The notes under the pieces are model-generated. The model saw only the letters and a list, made by a program, of their open reading frames with translations, was not told the DNA's origin and did no database searches. Positions 29,514-37,958 of a DNA stretch of 64,000 bases are shown here, piece by piece. The stretch comes from Candidatus Moraniibacteriota bacterium (lineage in GTDB: Bacteria > Patescibacteriota > Minisyncoccia > Moranbacterales > UBA1568). The stretch covers positions 195,242 to 259,241 of the forward strand of contig CP064974.1 in the NCBI GenBank assembly GCA_016699385.1, given 5' to 3'. Position numbers and translations under genes: made by a program. The number at the start of each line of letters is the position of its first letter. Positions within the stretch are counted from its first letter, which is position 1.

Positions 29514-30277
29514 ATCACGCGGACAACATTTTTGAAGTTGAGAACATTTCTTTCTCGTATGACGGGAAAGAAAATGTTCTTCAGGGTATCACGCTCGCGA
29601 TTCATCGTGGGGATTATGTCGGGCTCGTGGGTCCCAATGGTGCCGGGAAGACGACACTTCTCAAAATCATGCTTCATCTCCTCTCTGCGGAGAGTGGCAC
29701 GGTGCGACTTTTTGGGAAAGATATTCATGAATTCTCAGAGTGGAACAAAGTTGGGTATGTGCCACAGACGGCGGTGCGTTTCGATGTGCATTTTCCTGCG
29801 AGTGTGTACGAAGTGGTATTGATGGGTCGATACAAGAATCGGCGGCTTTTTCAGCAAATGAATGCATCCGATCGCGAGGCAGTGCAGGAGGCGCTTTCCA
29901 AAGTGGGTATGCTGGAATATCAAGATCGGCTTATTGGGGATCTCTCTGGCGGGCAACAGCAGAGAGTCTTCATTGCTCGCGCGCTCGTGAATCAGCCGGA
30001 AATACTCTTCCTTGATGAGCCAACGACCGGCGTCGACAAGAAGACGCAAGAGAGTTTCTATACATTGCTCAAGAGGCTCAATAGCGAATTTGGCATCACG
30101 CTCGTGCTTGTGTCTCACGATATCGATCGCATCACGCAGGAGGTGATGCATATTGCCTGCATCGACCGATCACTTATTCGGTATCTCTCACCCGAAGAGT
30201 ATCGTGCAGAAAGTGCATCGGCAGACATCTTTGAACGTGATATCAAGGTAGAGCCACATCGCCATCACTACGCCTGA
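29501..30277 (+). CDS. znuC: Metal ABC transporter ATP-binding protein
   Basis: Walker A GPNGAGKTT, signature LSGGQQQRVFIARAL, Walker B LFLDEPT. Confidence 0.9.
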   Translation: MYSIDHADNIFEVENISFSYDGKENVLQGITLAIHRGDYVGLVGPNGAGKTTLLKIMLHLLSAESGTVRLFGKDIHEFSEWNKVGYVPQTAVRFDVHFPASVYEVVLMGRYKNRRLFQQMNASDREAVQEALSKVGMLEYQDRLIGDLSGGQQQRVFIARALVNQPEILFLDEPTTGVDKKTQESFYTLLKRLNSEFGITLVLVSHDIDRITQEVMHIACIDRSLIRYLSPEEYRAESASADIFERDIKVEPHRHHYA

Positions 30278-30279
30278 TT

Positions 30280-31080
30280 ATGATAGAAAATATCTTCCAA
30301 TATAGCTTTATCCTCCGCGGTCTCGAAGCGGGCATTATCGTCGCTTGTGTTGCGCCGCTTATTGGTACATTTCTCGTATTGCGACGATATTCTCTGATTG
30401 CCGATACGCTGTCTCATGTGTCCCTTGCGGGTATTGCTCTCGGACTGCTTCTGAAGGTGAATCCGCTTTTGATGGCGCTTGGTGCGACGACAGTGGCGTC
30501 ACTTGGTATTGAGCGTTTGCGAAATTCGAAACGAGTCTATGGTGAGTCGGCGCTTGCTCTCTTTCTCTCGGGAAGTCTTGCCTTAGCAGTCGTGCTTCTG
30601 AGTCTTGCAAATGGCTTCAACTCGAGTCTTTTTAACTATCTCTTTGGGAGCATTGTGACCGTGACAGAGAATGATGTGCTTGTCATCGGTGTCGTCTCAG
30701 CATTTGTTATTATTGTATTGTTCGCGCTCTTCAAACCATTGCTCTATGTCACCTTCGATGAAGAAGCGGCACAAGTGAGTGGTATGCCGACGCGATTCCT
30801 CAATCTCACACTCATATTGCTCACGGCACTCACCGTTTCTGTGGCTATTCCTATTGTGGGCGTGCTCCTCATTGCGGCGCTCATGGTGATTCCGGTCATT
30901 GCGGCACTGCAGTGGAAGCGGGGATTTACGGGGACAATCATTATTGCAGAAATTATATCGATACTCTCAGTACTTACGGGTATCATTGCCTCGTTTTATC
31001 TCAATCTCGCAACGGGAGGGACTATCGTGCTCATTATGCTCTTTGCGTTTATCATTTCTTTGTTTGTCAATAGGCAGTAG
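30280..31080 (+). CDS. znuB: Metal ABC transporter permease
   Basis: 8-TM ABC-3 family permease. Confidence 0.9.
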   Translation: MIENIFQYSFILRGLEAGIIVACVAPLIGTFLVLRRYSLIADTLSHVSLAGIALGLLLKVNPLLMALGATTVASLGIERLRNSKRVYGESALALFLSGSLALAVVLLSLANGFNSSLFNYLFGSIVTVTENDVLVIGVVSAFVIIVLFALFKPLLYVTFDEEAAQVSGMPTRFLNLTLILLTALTVSVAIPIVGVLLIAALMVIPVIAALQWKRGFTGTIIIAEIISILSVLTGIIASFYLNLATGGTIVLIMLFAFIISLFVNRQ

Positions 31081-31103
31081 AAGTGATATTTTTTGGTTCT
31101 TGA

Positions 31104-31135
31104 AAAACATCAATGCTCGGGAGCATTGATGTTTT
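31104..31135. terminator. Bidirectional terminator hairpin (14-15-bp perfect stem AAAACATCAATGCTC/GAGCATTGATGTTTT)
   Basis: Seen between convergent znuB and nrdG. Confidence 0.75.
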
Positions 31136-31165
31136 GGTGTCCTGAATTTCAAAGGGTTCTTTGCG

Positions 31166-31966
31166 TCATCGACGAATATCGACGTGTTCAATGAAGGGGA
31201 GGAGTCTGGCTCGGGCACTATTGAGGTCTACAGATTTGTTTCGTGCGCTTTTTGCAAGTGTCGGATCGTAGAGTTTTATATCTCGGAATTCCTGGAGCGC
31301 GAAGTGTCGTGCACCGCGAATCCATTTGCCGATTTCTTGGAAGTCATCTTCGGTGTGTATGCCCGGAACGACCGTGGTGCGGAATTCATAGTCGGCGCCA
31401 CTCTCCATGATAATGCGAACGCTCTCTTGGAAGCGACTGATATCGATATCGGTATTGCCGGAGGCGAGTGGATATTTCTCCGGCGTGTGTTTGATATCCA
31501 TCGCCCAAAAGTCTACGAGCTTGGTCTCGGCGATTTTCCGGACAATATTCGGGAAAACACCATTGGTGTCGAGCTTCACCAAAAAGCCCATATTTTTTAT
31601 CTTTCGAATGAAATCGAGAAGATCAGCGTGGAGTGTCGGTTCGCCACCCGTGATACAGATACCGTCGAGTTTGCCTCCTCGTTTCTTGAGAAAATTCAGA
31701 AATTCATCGGTCTTGTCGCCACCCGTTTTCGCAAGGTACTCTTTGCTCGGCTCTATGAGCTCGGGGTTGTGGCAGAAAGGGCATCGCAAGACACAGCCGA
31801 GCGTAAACACCGTCGCGGCGAGTTTGCCGGGGTAGTCGAGGAGTGTGAGTGGTTGGTAGCCGGCGATATACATAATGCGATGGGCTTGCAATTTTGACGT
31901 ATTTCTTCGTCGCAAATTCCGATACTCGACACGGTATGACTCCATACAGCTTATTCTGCTTCTCAT
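31166..31966 (-). CDS. nrdG: Anaerobic ribonucleoside-triphosphate reductase activating protein (radical SAM)
   Basis: LTLLDYPGKLAATVFTLGCVLRCPFCHNPEL: CxxxCxxC radical-SAM cluster in NrdG-like context; downstream of nrdD. Confidence 0.85.
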   Translation of the reverse strand: MRSRISCMESYRVEYRNLRRRNTSKLQAHRIMYIAGYQPLTLLDYPGKLAATVFTLGCVLRCPFCHNPELIEPSKEYLAKTGGDKTDEFLNFLKKRGGKLDGICITGGEPTLHADLLDFIRKIKNMGFLVKLDTNGVFPNIVRKIAETKLVDFWAMDIKHTPEKYPLASGNTDIDISRFQESVRIIMESGADYEFRTTVVPGIHTEDDFQEIGKWIRGARHFALQEFRDIKLYDPTLAKSARNKSVDLNSARARLLPFIEHVDIRR

Positions 31967-32029
31967 TTGCGCCTCGAAATAAACTCAAAATTGCAAGCCT
32001 TGGTAGTATTGAGAAATATGCAGATATCC

Positions 32030-32281
32030 CTAGGCGACGGATGGGGTGTACTCCAAGCGGTCGGCGTATTCTTGTTGCTTGCCCTTGTTCCATTGCTCGA
32101 CGGGGCGGATATAGCCGACGACGCGCGTGTAGGTTTCGGTTTTCTGGAAGTCGGAGAGTTCCGGTTTTGCCTCATGGCACGCGCGACACTTCGCCATTGT
32201 TTTCCCGTTCACTTCGTAGGGCATATACTCTGCCCCTCTCTCGAGCGCCTTCCCACAATCATGACAGGTTATCTTTTGCAT
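32030..32281 (-). CDS. Stand-alone NrdD C-terminal module: zinc ribbon plus glycyl-radical motif (83 aa)
   Basis: CHDCGKALERGAEYMPYEVNGKTMAKCRACH (CxxC...CxxC) then TRVVGYIRPVEQWNKGKQQEYADRLEY, which matches the class III RNR glycyl-radical segment (RV/ICGY...WN.GK..E..DR). Own AGGAAA RBS 7 nt upstream of the ATG. Confidence 0.7.
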   Translation of the reverse strand: MQKITCHDCGKALERGAEYMPYEVNGKTMAKCRACHEAKPELSDFQKTETYTRVVGYIRPVEQWNKGKQQEYADRLEYTPSVA

Positions 32282-32293
32282 AACTTTTTTCCT

Positions 32294-32308
32294 AACAAAT
32301 TATTTGTT
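32294..32308. promoter_or_regulatory. 15-bp perfect palindrome AACAAAT-T-ATTTGTT immediately upstream of the RBS of the glycyl-radical ORF
   Basis: Seen directly; AT-rich palindrome reminiscent of repressor boxes. No assignment possible. Confidence 0.3.
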
Positions 32309-32327
32309 TAGAGTCTGTTGAGAAGGG

Positions 32328-32409
32328 CTGTTTTTCAGAAAAAATTGTTTTTTTACTTGTCTACGCTTGCTCCGAAAGCCGCAAAAAAACAATTTTTTCT
32401 GAAAAACAG
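32328..32409 (-). ncRNA. Hairpin element copy A: 27-bp perfect stem (CTGTTTTTCAGAAAAAATTGTTTTTTT) with conserved 28-nt loop ACTTGTCTACGCTTGCTCCGAAAGCCGC, between nrdD and the glycyl-radical ORF
   Basis: Seen directly; a second copy with an essentially identical loop and a different but complementary stem is at 34720-34774. Confidence 0.6.
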
Positions 32410-32449
32410 TGCGAGAAGTACGCCTTTTTGATACTTTTTTAGCAGGCTC

Positions 32450-34528
32450 TCAGACTTTTTGATATTCCTTTGTGGTTGAAATAGTGATGCATTGTGGGCA
32501 CGTCTTGTGTTCGCCGGGGAGGTAACCGTGGGTGGGACAGACGCTGAAAGTGGGAGAGAGTGTGAAATAGGGGAGATGGTATTTCTCGGCGATACGGCGG
32601 ACGAGAGTGCGTGCCATATCGGGGTCATTGATGCGTTCGCCCAAGAATCCGTGGAGGACGGTGCCGCCCGTGTACTGCGTCTGCAGGTTATCCTGGAGGT
32701 CGAGGGCTTCGAAGATATCGTCGGTAAAGCCAACAGGAAGATGCGAAGAATTGGTGTAGTAGGGTTCGGCGTGTCGAGTCTGCACTTCTTTCTGATTGGC
32801 AACGATGATATCAGGATAGTGTTTCTTGTCGAGGAGCGCGAGGCGATAGGCGGTGCCTTCGGCGGGAGTCGCTTCGAGATTGTAGAGATTATTGGTCTTT
32901 TCTTGGTAGTTTCCGATATGCTCGCGCATGTGTGTCAGAATTCTCTTGGCAAATGCCTGACCTTTTTCGGTGGTGATATCGGTATGGATGAGATTTTGAA
33001 TGGCTTCATTGGTGCCGACGAGTCCAATGGTGGAGAAATGATTCTTCCAGTATTGATGGAATCGCTTCTTGATATTTCCGAGGTAGAATTTTGTATAGGG
33101 GTAGAGGCCCTTTTCGGTGAGTTGCTCGACGATTTTCCGTTTGACTTCGAGGCTTTCTTGAGCGATGTCCATGAGGCGATCAAGACGCTTGAAGAAATCC
33201 TTTTCATTCTTGGAAAGGTAGCCGATTCGAGGGAGATTGATAGTGACGACGCCGATTGAGCCGGTTAGGGGATTGGCGCCGAAGAGTCCGCCGCCGCGCT
33301 TCCGAAGTTCGCGATTGTCGAGGCGTAGGCGACAGCACATACTGCGCGCGTCGTCCGGACTCATGTCGGAATTGACGAAGTTGGCGAAGTAGGGGATGCC
33401 ATATTTGGCGGTCATTTCCCAGAGCGGAGCATAGGCGGGATTTTCCCAGTCGAAATTCTTGGTGATGTTGTAGGTCGGGATAGGGAAAGTGAAGATACGT
33501 CCCGAAGCATCTCCTTCGCACATTACTTCGGCAAAGGCGCGGTTGATCATTGCCATCTCCGTGGCGAAGTCGCCATAGGTTTCTTTCTGTGGCTCGCCGC
33601 CGATGATGACGTGGTTCTTTGCGAGAATCTTGGGCGGGATGATGTCCATCGTGATGTTCGAAAACGGCGTTTGGAATCCGACGCGCGTCGAGACATTCAT
33701 GTTGAAGACGAAAGATTGGATTTCCTGTTTTACCTGTGCATAAGAAAGTTTGTCTTTTCGAACGAAGGGAGCAAGGAGTGTGTCAAAGTTGGAGAATGCC
33801 TGCGCGCCGGCGACTTCGCCCTGGAGGGTGTAGATAAAATTAACCATTTGTCCCAAGATTGATCCCAGGTGCTTGGCAGGTTTGCAAGAAACTTTGCCAG
33901 GGACGCCGGTGAAGCCTTGTCGCAAGAGGTCTTCGAGATCCCAGCCACAACAGTAGGCAGAGATGAGTTGGAGATCGTGAATATGGAGATCGCCGGATTC
34001 GTGGGCATCACGCACTTCTTTGGAATAGATTTTGTTCATCCAGTACTTGGTGCTGATAGCACTCGAGACATAGTTGTTGAGCCCTTGGAGAGAATACGCC
34101 ATGTTTGCATTTTCCTTCACAAGCCAGTCGAGATTGCCGATGTATTTGTCGACGAGGTGCACGGCTTTGACGAGAGATTCTTCCGTTTCGCGGACTTCCG
34201 CGTGTTGCTGTCGGTAGAGGATATAGGCTTTGGCGGTGTCATGAAAGCCTTCGGACATGAGGACGGTTTCGACGAGGTCCTGAATCTCTTCTATTTTTGG
34301 AATGAAGGGACCGAGGTTTTGCTTTGCGTAGTGTCGAGCTTTCTTTTCGAGGAGGGAGAGGACTTTCTTGCCGACGCGTGCGGCGTCTTTTTCACTTCCT
34401 TCCGTGGTTGCAAAGAGCGCTTTCTCGATGGCATTAATAATCTTGTACGGATTGAACGATGTGGTTCGTCCACTTCTTCTTCGTACGGATTCGATGGATA
34501 CTTTCTCTGTTTTCTTTCTTTGTTTCAT
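32450..34528 (-). CDS. nrdD: Anaerobic ribonucleoside-triphosphate reductase (class III) with N-terminal ATP-cone; ends at the zinc ribbon and lacks the glycyl-radical motif
   Basis: 692 aa; ATP-cone N-terminus (VRRRSGRTTSFNPYKIINAIEKA), conserved NrdD core, C-terminal CPTHGYLPGEHKTCPQC, then a TGA stop; no RxCGY-type motif in the ORF. Confidence 0.9.
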   Translation of the reverse strand: MKQRKKTEKVSIESVRRRSGRTTSFNPYKIINAIEKALFATTEGSEKDAARVGKKVLSLLEKKARHYAKQNLGPFIPKIEEIQDLVETVLMSEGFHDTAKAYILYRQQHAEVRETEESLVKAVHLVDKYIGNLDWLVKENANMAYSLQGLNNYVSSAISTKYWMNKIYSKEVRDAHESGDLHIHDLQLISAYCCGWDLEDLLRQGFTGVPGKVSCKPAKHLGSILGQMVNFIYTLQGEVAGAQAFSNFDTLLAPFVRKDKLSYAQVKQEIQSFVFNMNVSTRVGFQTPFSNITMDIIPPKILAKNHVIIGGEPQKETYGDFATEMAMINRAFAEVMCEGDASGRIFTFPIPTYNITKNFDWENPAYAPLWEMTAKYGIPYFANFVNSDMSPDDARSMCCRLRLDNRELRKRGGGLFGANPLTGSIGVVTINLPRIGYLSKNEKDFFKRLDRLMDIAQESLEVKRKIVEQLTEKGLYPYTKFYLGNIKKRFHQYWKNHFSTIGLVGTNEAIQNLIHTDITTEKGQAFAKRILTHMREHIGNYQEKTNNLYNLEATPAEGTAYRLALLDKKHYPDIIVANQKEVQTRHAEPYYTNSSHLPVGFTDDIFEALDLQDNLQTQYTGGTVLHGFLGERINDPDMARTLVRRIAEKYHLPYFTLSPTFSVCPTHGYLPGEHKTCPQCITISTTKEYQKV

Positions 34529-34550
34529 ACGGTTTTTGTCTAGAATATTC

Positions 34551-34781
34551 GATTTTGGAGAAAAGAAAAACCGTGGACATCAAGACCTCCCCCACGGAGT
34601 GCGCGTTTCCGTTGTGCGCCTCCTCATTATCTTCCAAAGTTTCTAACTCGTAAAGTTTCCTTTGGTGGAAAGAAAAATGGTATACTTTGAAGAGCACTGT
34701 CTCGCGGAAGTATTCGGCAGAAATTCTTTTTTACTTGTCTATGCATGCTCTGAAAGCCACAAAAGAAGAATTTCCACCAAA
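34551..34781 (-). promoter_or_regulatory. Structured nrdD 5' leader: hairpin element copy B (34720-34774, loop ACTTGTCTATGCATGCTCTGAAAGCCAC), an enclosing 11-bp helix (34661-34671 with 34771-34781), and a terminator-like hairpin (CCGTGG...CCACGG plus U-run, 34551-34597) about 25 nt before the start codon
   Basis: All pairings seen directly in sequence and read on the minus (mRNA) strand. This is the architecture expected for a cis-regulatory RNA with an expression platform. Confidence 0.5.
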
Positions 34782-34827
34782 TGCAGCGCATCATTTGAAG
34801 AAGAAATAATCCATCATTTTCTGCCGT

Positions 34828-36951
34828 ATGAACATTCAGTCTTTGTTTGAGCCGAAATCAATCGCTATTGTGGGAGCATCGACGAAGGTTGGGAGTGTCG
34901 GAAACGACATCGTGAAGAATTTGGTCGAGCAAAAATATCAGGGCGAAATATACCCAGTCAATCCAAAGACTGATTCACTCTATGATCGACGCTGTTACCC
35001 ACATCTTGCGGCGATTGAGGGAGAGGTTGATTGCGCTATTATCGCGGTCCCAGCGCCAATTGTGTCAACTGTTTTGCGAGAGGCAGTGGCAAAGCAAGTG
35101 AAAAGCGCGGTGGTTATTTCCGCCGGGTTTCACGAAGCAGGGAATGCCGAACTCGAGCGGGAAATCTCCGATATTGCACGTTCGGGTGATATGGCGCTTC
35201 TTGGTCCGAATTGTCTCGGTGTAGTCAATCCGCATCTCTCCATGAATGCCTCTTTTGCGCGGACGCTTCCGAAGAAGGGCAATATCGCATTTTTATCACA
35301 AAGCGGCGCACTCGGAACAGCCGTGCTCGATATGGCAGCAAATATCGGTGTGGGTTTCTCGAAATTTGTGAGTCTTGGGAATAAAGCGCTTCTTGATGAG
35401 TCGGCACTGCTTGAATATTTTGCAAATGATAGGAAGACGAAGGTGATTGCTATATACGCCGAGGATCTTCGAAATCCTACGGCAATTAAGAATGTGGCGC
35501 GCGCGATGGCACTGGCAAAGAAGTCGAAACCAATCATCATACTCAAATCAGGGAAAACATCGGCAGGTGCACAGGCGCTTTCATCGCACACCGGGTCTCT
35601 TGCGGGAAATGATGCGAGTTATGAGGCGCTCTTTGAGGAGGCGGGGATTCTTCGTGCCGAGACAGCGGAAGAGCTCTTTTTGCTGGCGCGAGGTTTCTCG
35701 CTTCTCCCGCTTCCTCTGGGGAAAAATATTGCCGTACTCACCAATGCCGGCGGTCCGGGTGTGCTCTCTGCGGATGCGGCGCTTGAGTCAGGACTTTCGC
35801 TTGCGCCGCTTTCTGAGGCGACGATGACCGAATTGCGTTCGTTTTTGCCACTAGCTTCGGGTGTGAAAAATCCAGTTGATATCTTGGGCGATGCAAAAAG
35901 TGACCGCTATGCTCGTGCGCTCGACACGATTCTTCTCGATACGTCCGTTCATATGGTGATGGTGGTGCTCACGCCACAGTCTATGACGGATGTTGAAGCA
36001 ATAGCAGAAGTAATCGCGGAGCGTGCCAAAGTGGCTACTGTGCCAATGGTTGCTGCCTTCATGGGAGGGAAGCTGGTTGCTGGTGGCATCAAAGTGCTTC
36101 TGCGAAAAAAGGTCCCTGTAGTCGGGTTTCCGGAAGATGGCATACATATGCTCGCCGCACTCGCGCACTTTCGCGAAATGCGAGAAGAGATGCGGGTTGA
36201 TGCGGGAGATTTCTCAGGATTCGAAGCATCGGGAACGATTGACCGGTCGCGAGTCGAAGCGATTTTCCATGAAATAGAAGTATCTGGACGGAAGGCGTTG
36301 TCGGCAGTGGAGACGCTCGAGGTGTTTTCGGCGTATGGACTCTCTCTGCCTCGATATGCTGTTGCAACGACTGCCGAAGAGGCGAGTCGAGTGGCACGTG
36401 AGATTGGCACACCTTGTGCGCTGAAAATTCTGTCGGAAGACATCACACACAAGAGCGACGCAGGCGGTGTCCTTCTCAATATCTCGCCGGAAAATGCCGG
36501 AGCGTCGTTTCAGGCGATTATAGACCGTGTGAGAGCTTCTTCTCCCGAGGCGAAGATAGAGGGCGTATTATTTATGGAAATGGCAGCAAGGGGTGGTATT
36601 GAACTCATTGCGGGCAGCTTCCGCGATCCAAACTTGGGACAGACTATTATGCTCGGGAGTGGCGGTATCTATGTCGAAATTTTGAAAGACGCGGCGTTTG
36701 GTCTCGCTCCGGTTTCTCGGAATCGTGCCGAAGAAATGCTTCGGAAACTCCGAATCTTCCCGCTGCTCGATGGTGCGCGCGGTGGCACGAAATACGATGT
36801 TGCTTCCGTCGTTGAATGCGTCGGTCGCCTCTCGCAACTTCTCGCTGATTTCCCCGCTATCCACGAACTCGACATCAACCCAATTATCGTCTATCCGCAG
36901 TCTTCAGAGAGCACACATGCTCTCATTGTCGATGGTCGACTGTCATTGTGA
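34828..36951 (+). CDS. ADP-forming acetyl-CoA synthetase / acyl-CoA synthetase (NDP-forming), fused alpha-beta
   Basis: N-terminal CoA-binding domain (SIAIVGASTKVGSVGNDIVKNL), succinyl-CoA-synthetase-like flavodoxin domain and C-terminal ATP-grasp; 707 aa. Confidence 0.85.
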   Translation: MNIQSLFEPKSIAIVGASTKVGSVGNDIVKNLVEQKYQGEIYPVNPKTDSLYDRRCYPHLAAIEGEVDCAIIAVPAPIVSTVLREAVAKQVKSAVVISAGFHEAGNAELEREISDIARSGDMALLGPNCLGVVNPHLSMNASFARTLPKKGNIAFLSQSGALGTAVLDMAANIGVGFSKFVSLGNKALLDESALLEYFANDRKTKVIAIYAEDLRNPTAIKNVARAMALAKKSKPIIILKSGKTSAGAQALSSHTGSLAGNDASYEALFEEAGILRAETAEELFLLARGFSLLPLPLGKNIAVLTNAGGPGVLSADAALESGLSLAPLSEATMTELRSFLPLASGVKNPVDILGDAKSDRYARALDTILLDTSVHMVMVVLTPQSMTDVEAIAEVIAERAKVATVPMVAAFMGGKLVAGGIKVLLRKKVPVVGFPEDGIHMLAALAHFREMREEMRVDAGDFSGFEASGTIDRSRVEAIFHEIEVSGRKALSAVETLEVFSAYGLSLPRYAVATTAEEASRVAREIGTPCALKILSEDITHKSDAGGVLLNISPENAGASFQAIIDRVRASSPEAKIEGVLFMEMAARGGIELIAGSFRDPNLGQTIMLGSGGIYVEILKDAAFGLAPVSRNRAEEMLRKLRIFPLLDGARGGTKYDVASVVECVGRLSQLLADFPAIHELDINPIIVYPQSSESTHALIVDGRLSL

Positions 36952-36975
36952 GTCAAGGTAAGCGTGAGAGCTTGT

Positions 36976-37830
36976 CTATTTCTTCATGAACTCTATGCTG
37001 TCGATGGTGATGTTTTCTTTGGGGTGGTCGTTTTTGTTGGTGTCGACTTTTTCTATTTTGTTGACGACGTCCATGCCATCCGTCACTTCGCCGAAGTTGG
37101 TGTATTTGCCGTCCAAGAGCGGTGTCGATTTGGCGGTGACGATGAAGAATTGTGAACCATTTGTGTTTGGTCCGGAGTTTGCCATGGCGACGGAGCCTTC
37201 GATGAGTTTGTGTGAGTTTATCTCGTCGTCGAAAGCGTAGCCGGGTCCGCCTTGTCCGTCGTCCGACCAATTCTCATCTTTAGAATTGGGGTCGCCTGCT
37301 TGGATGATGAAACCCTTGATGACGCGATGGAATCGGATGCCGTCATAGAAATTCTCGCTGGCGAGTTTGAGAAAGTTATTCACGGTTTTTGGCGCGTCGT
37401 CATTGTAGAAGTGCACCGTAATATTTCCTTTGCTTGTTTTGATAATAGCGCCATCGTATTTCTTGAGGAATTTCAAATCGGCGTCTTTTTGAGAGGTATC
37501 TTCTTTGACAGCAGGGCTTTCTGTTGTTGGTTTCACATTGGTTGACGCTGGATTGCTTTGAGTTGAATCTGGCGAATCTGCCGATGTCTGATCGTCGGCG
37601 ACTTGCGGCGAGGGTGCTGTTTGTGGCATTGCCTGAGCGGGTCGCTTCTGCGTTGACTGTGGAGTTGCTCCTGTAGCAGCAGCTCCGGAACTTTCGCCGA
37701 AAGCTCGCGAGAGATACGTGTAATCGCCCGCTTTTTTGCTCTGCAGCGTTTCTGCTGCTGGCTCTTGCGAGCATCCGGAGAGCGTGAGTGTAGCAATGAA
37801 GAGAATTGCGGAGAGGACTATTTTTTTCAT
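36976..37830 (-). CDS. Cyclophilin-type peptidyl-prolyl isomerase, lipoprotein with low-complexity linker
   Basis: Lipobox MKKIVLSAILFIATLTLSGC; cyclophilin motifs FHRVIKGFIIQAGDP...MANSGPNTNGSQFFI. Confidence 0.9.
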   Translation of the reverse strand: MKKIVLSAILFIATLTLSGCSQEPAAETLQSKKAGDYTYLSRAFGESSGAAATGATPQSTQKRPAQAMPQTAPSPQVADDQTSADSPDSTQSNPASTNVKPTTESPAVKEDTSQKDADLKFLKKYDGAIIKTSKGNITVHFYNDDAPKTVNNFLKLASENFYDGIRFHRVIKGFIIQAGDPNSKDENWSDDGQGGPGYAFDDEINSHKLIEGSVAMANSGPNTNGSQFFIVTAKSTPLLDGKYTNFGEVTDGMDVVNKIEKVDTNKNDHPKENITIDSIEFMKK

Positions 37831-37958
37831 AGGATTCTTCGGGGATTTTGCTTCCATTGTAGGGGAAAATGAGATTTCTCTCAAGATTCGCCGATATCGA
37901 CGAGATGGGTTTTCTGTGGTATATTTCTCGGTACTTTATTGTTCAGGATTCTTTGAGT

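Noticed and set aside
32282-32449. Group I/II intron or intein interrupting nrdD (as in phage T4 nrdD)
   Set aside because: The spacer is only about 170 nt with a single simple hairpin, far below minimal intron size and lacking P3-P7 or domain V features; an intein would be in-frame coding, which it is not. A simpler mobile hairpin element or a genuine two-ORF arrangement fits better.
34551-34830. Cobalamin riboswitch or NrdR boxes in the nrdD leader
   Set aside because: No B12-box (GCCACTG-like) core and no tandem 16-bp NrdR-type palindromes were visible; the AACAAAT-T-ATTTGTT palindrome at 32294-32308 is only loosely NrdR-like.
34662-34850. 62-aa plus-strand ORF upstream of the acetyl-CoA synthetase gene
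   Set aside because: Lies in the structured nrdD leader region and overlaps the acs start; no support.
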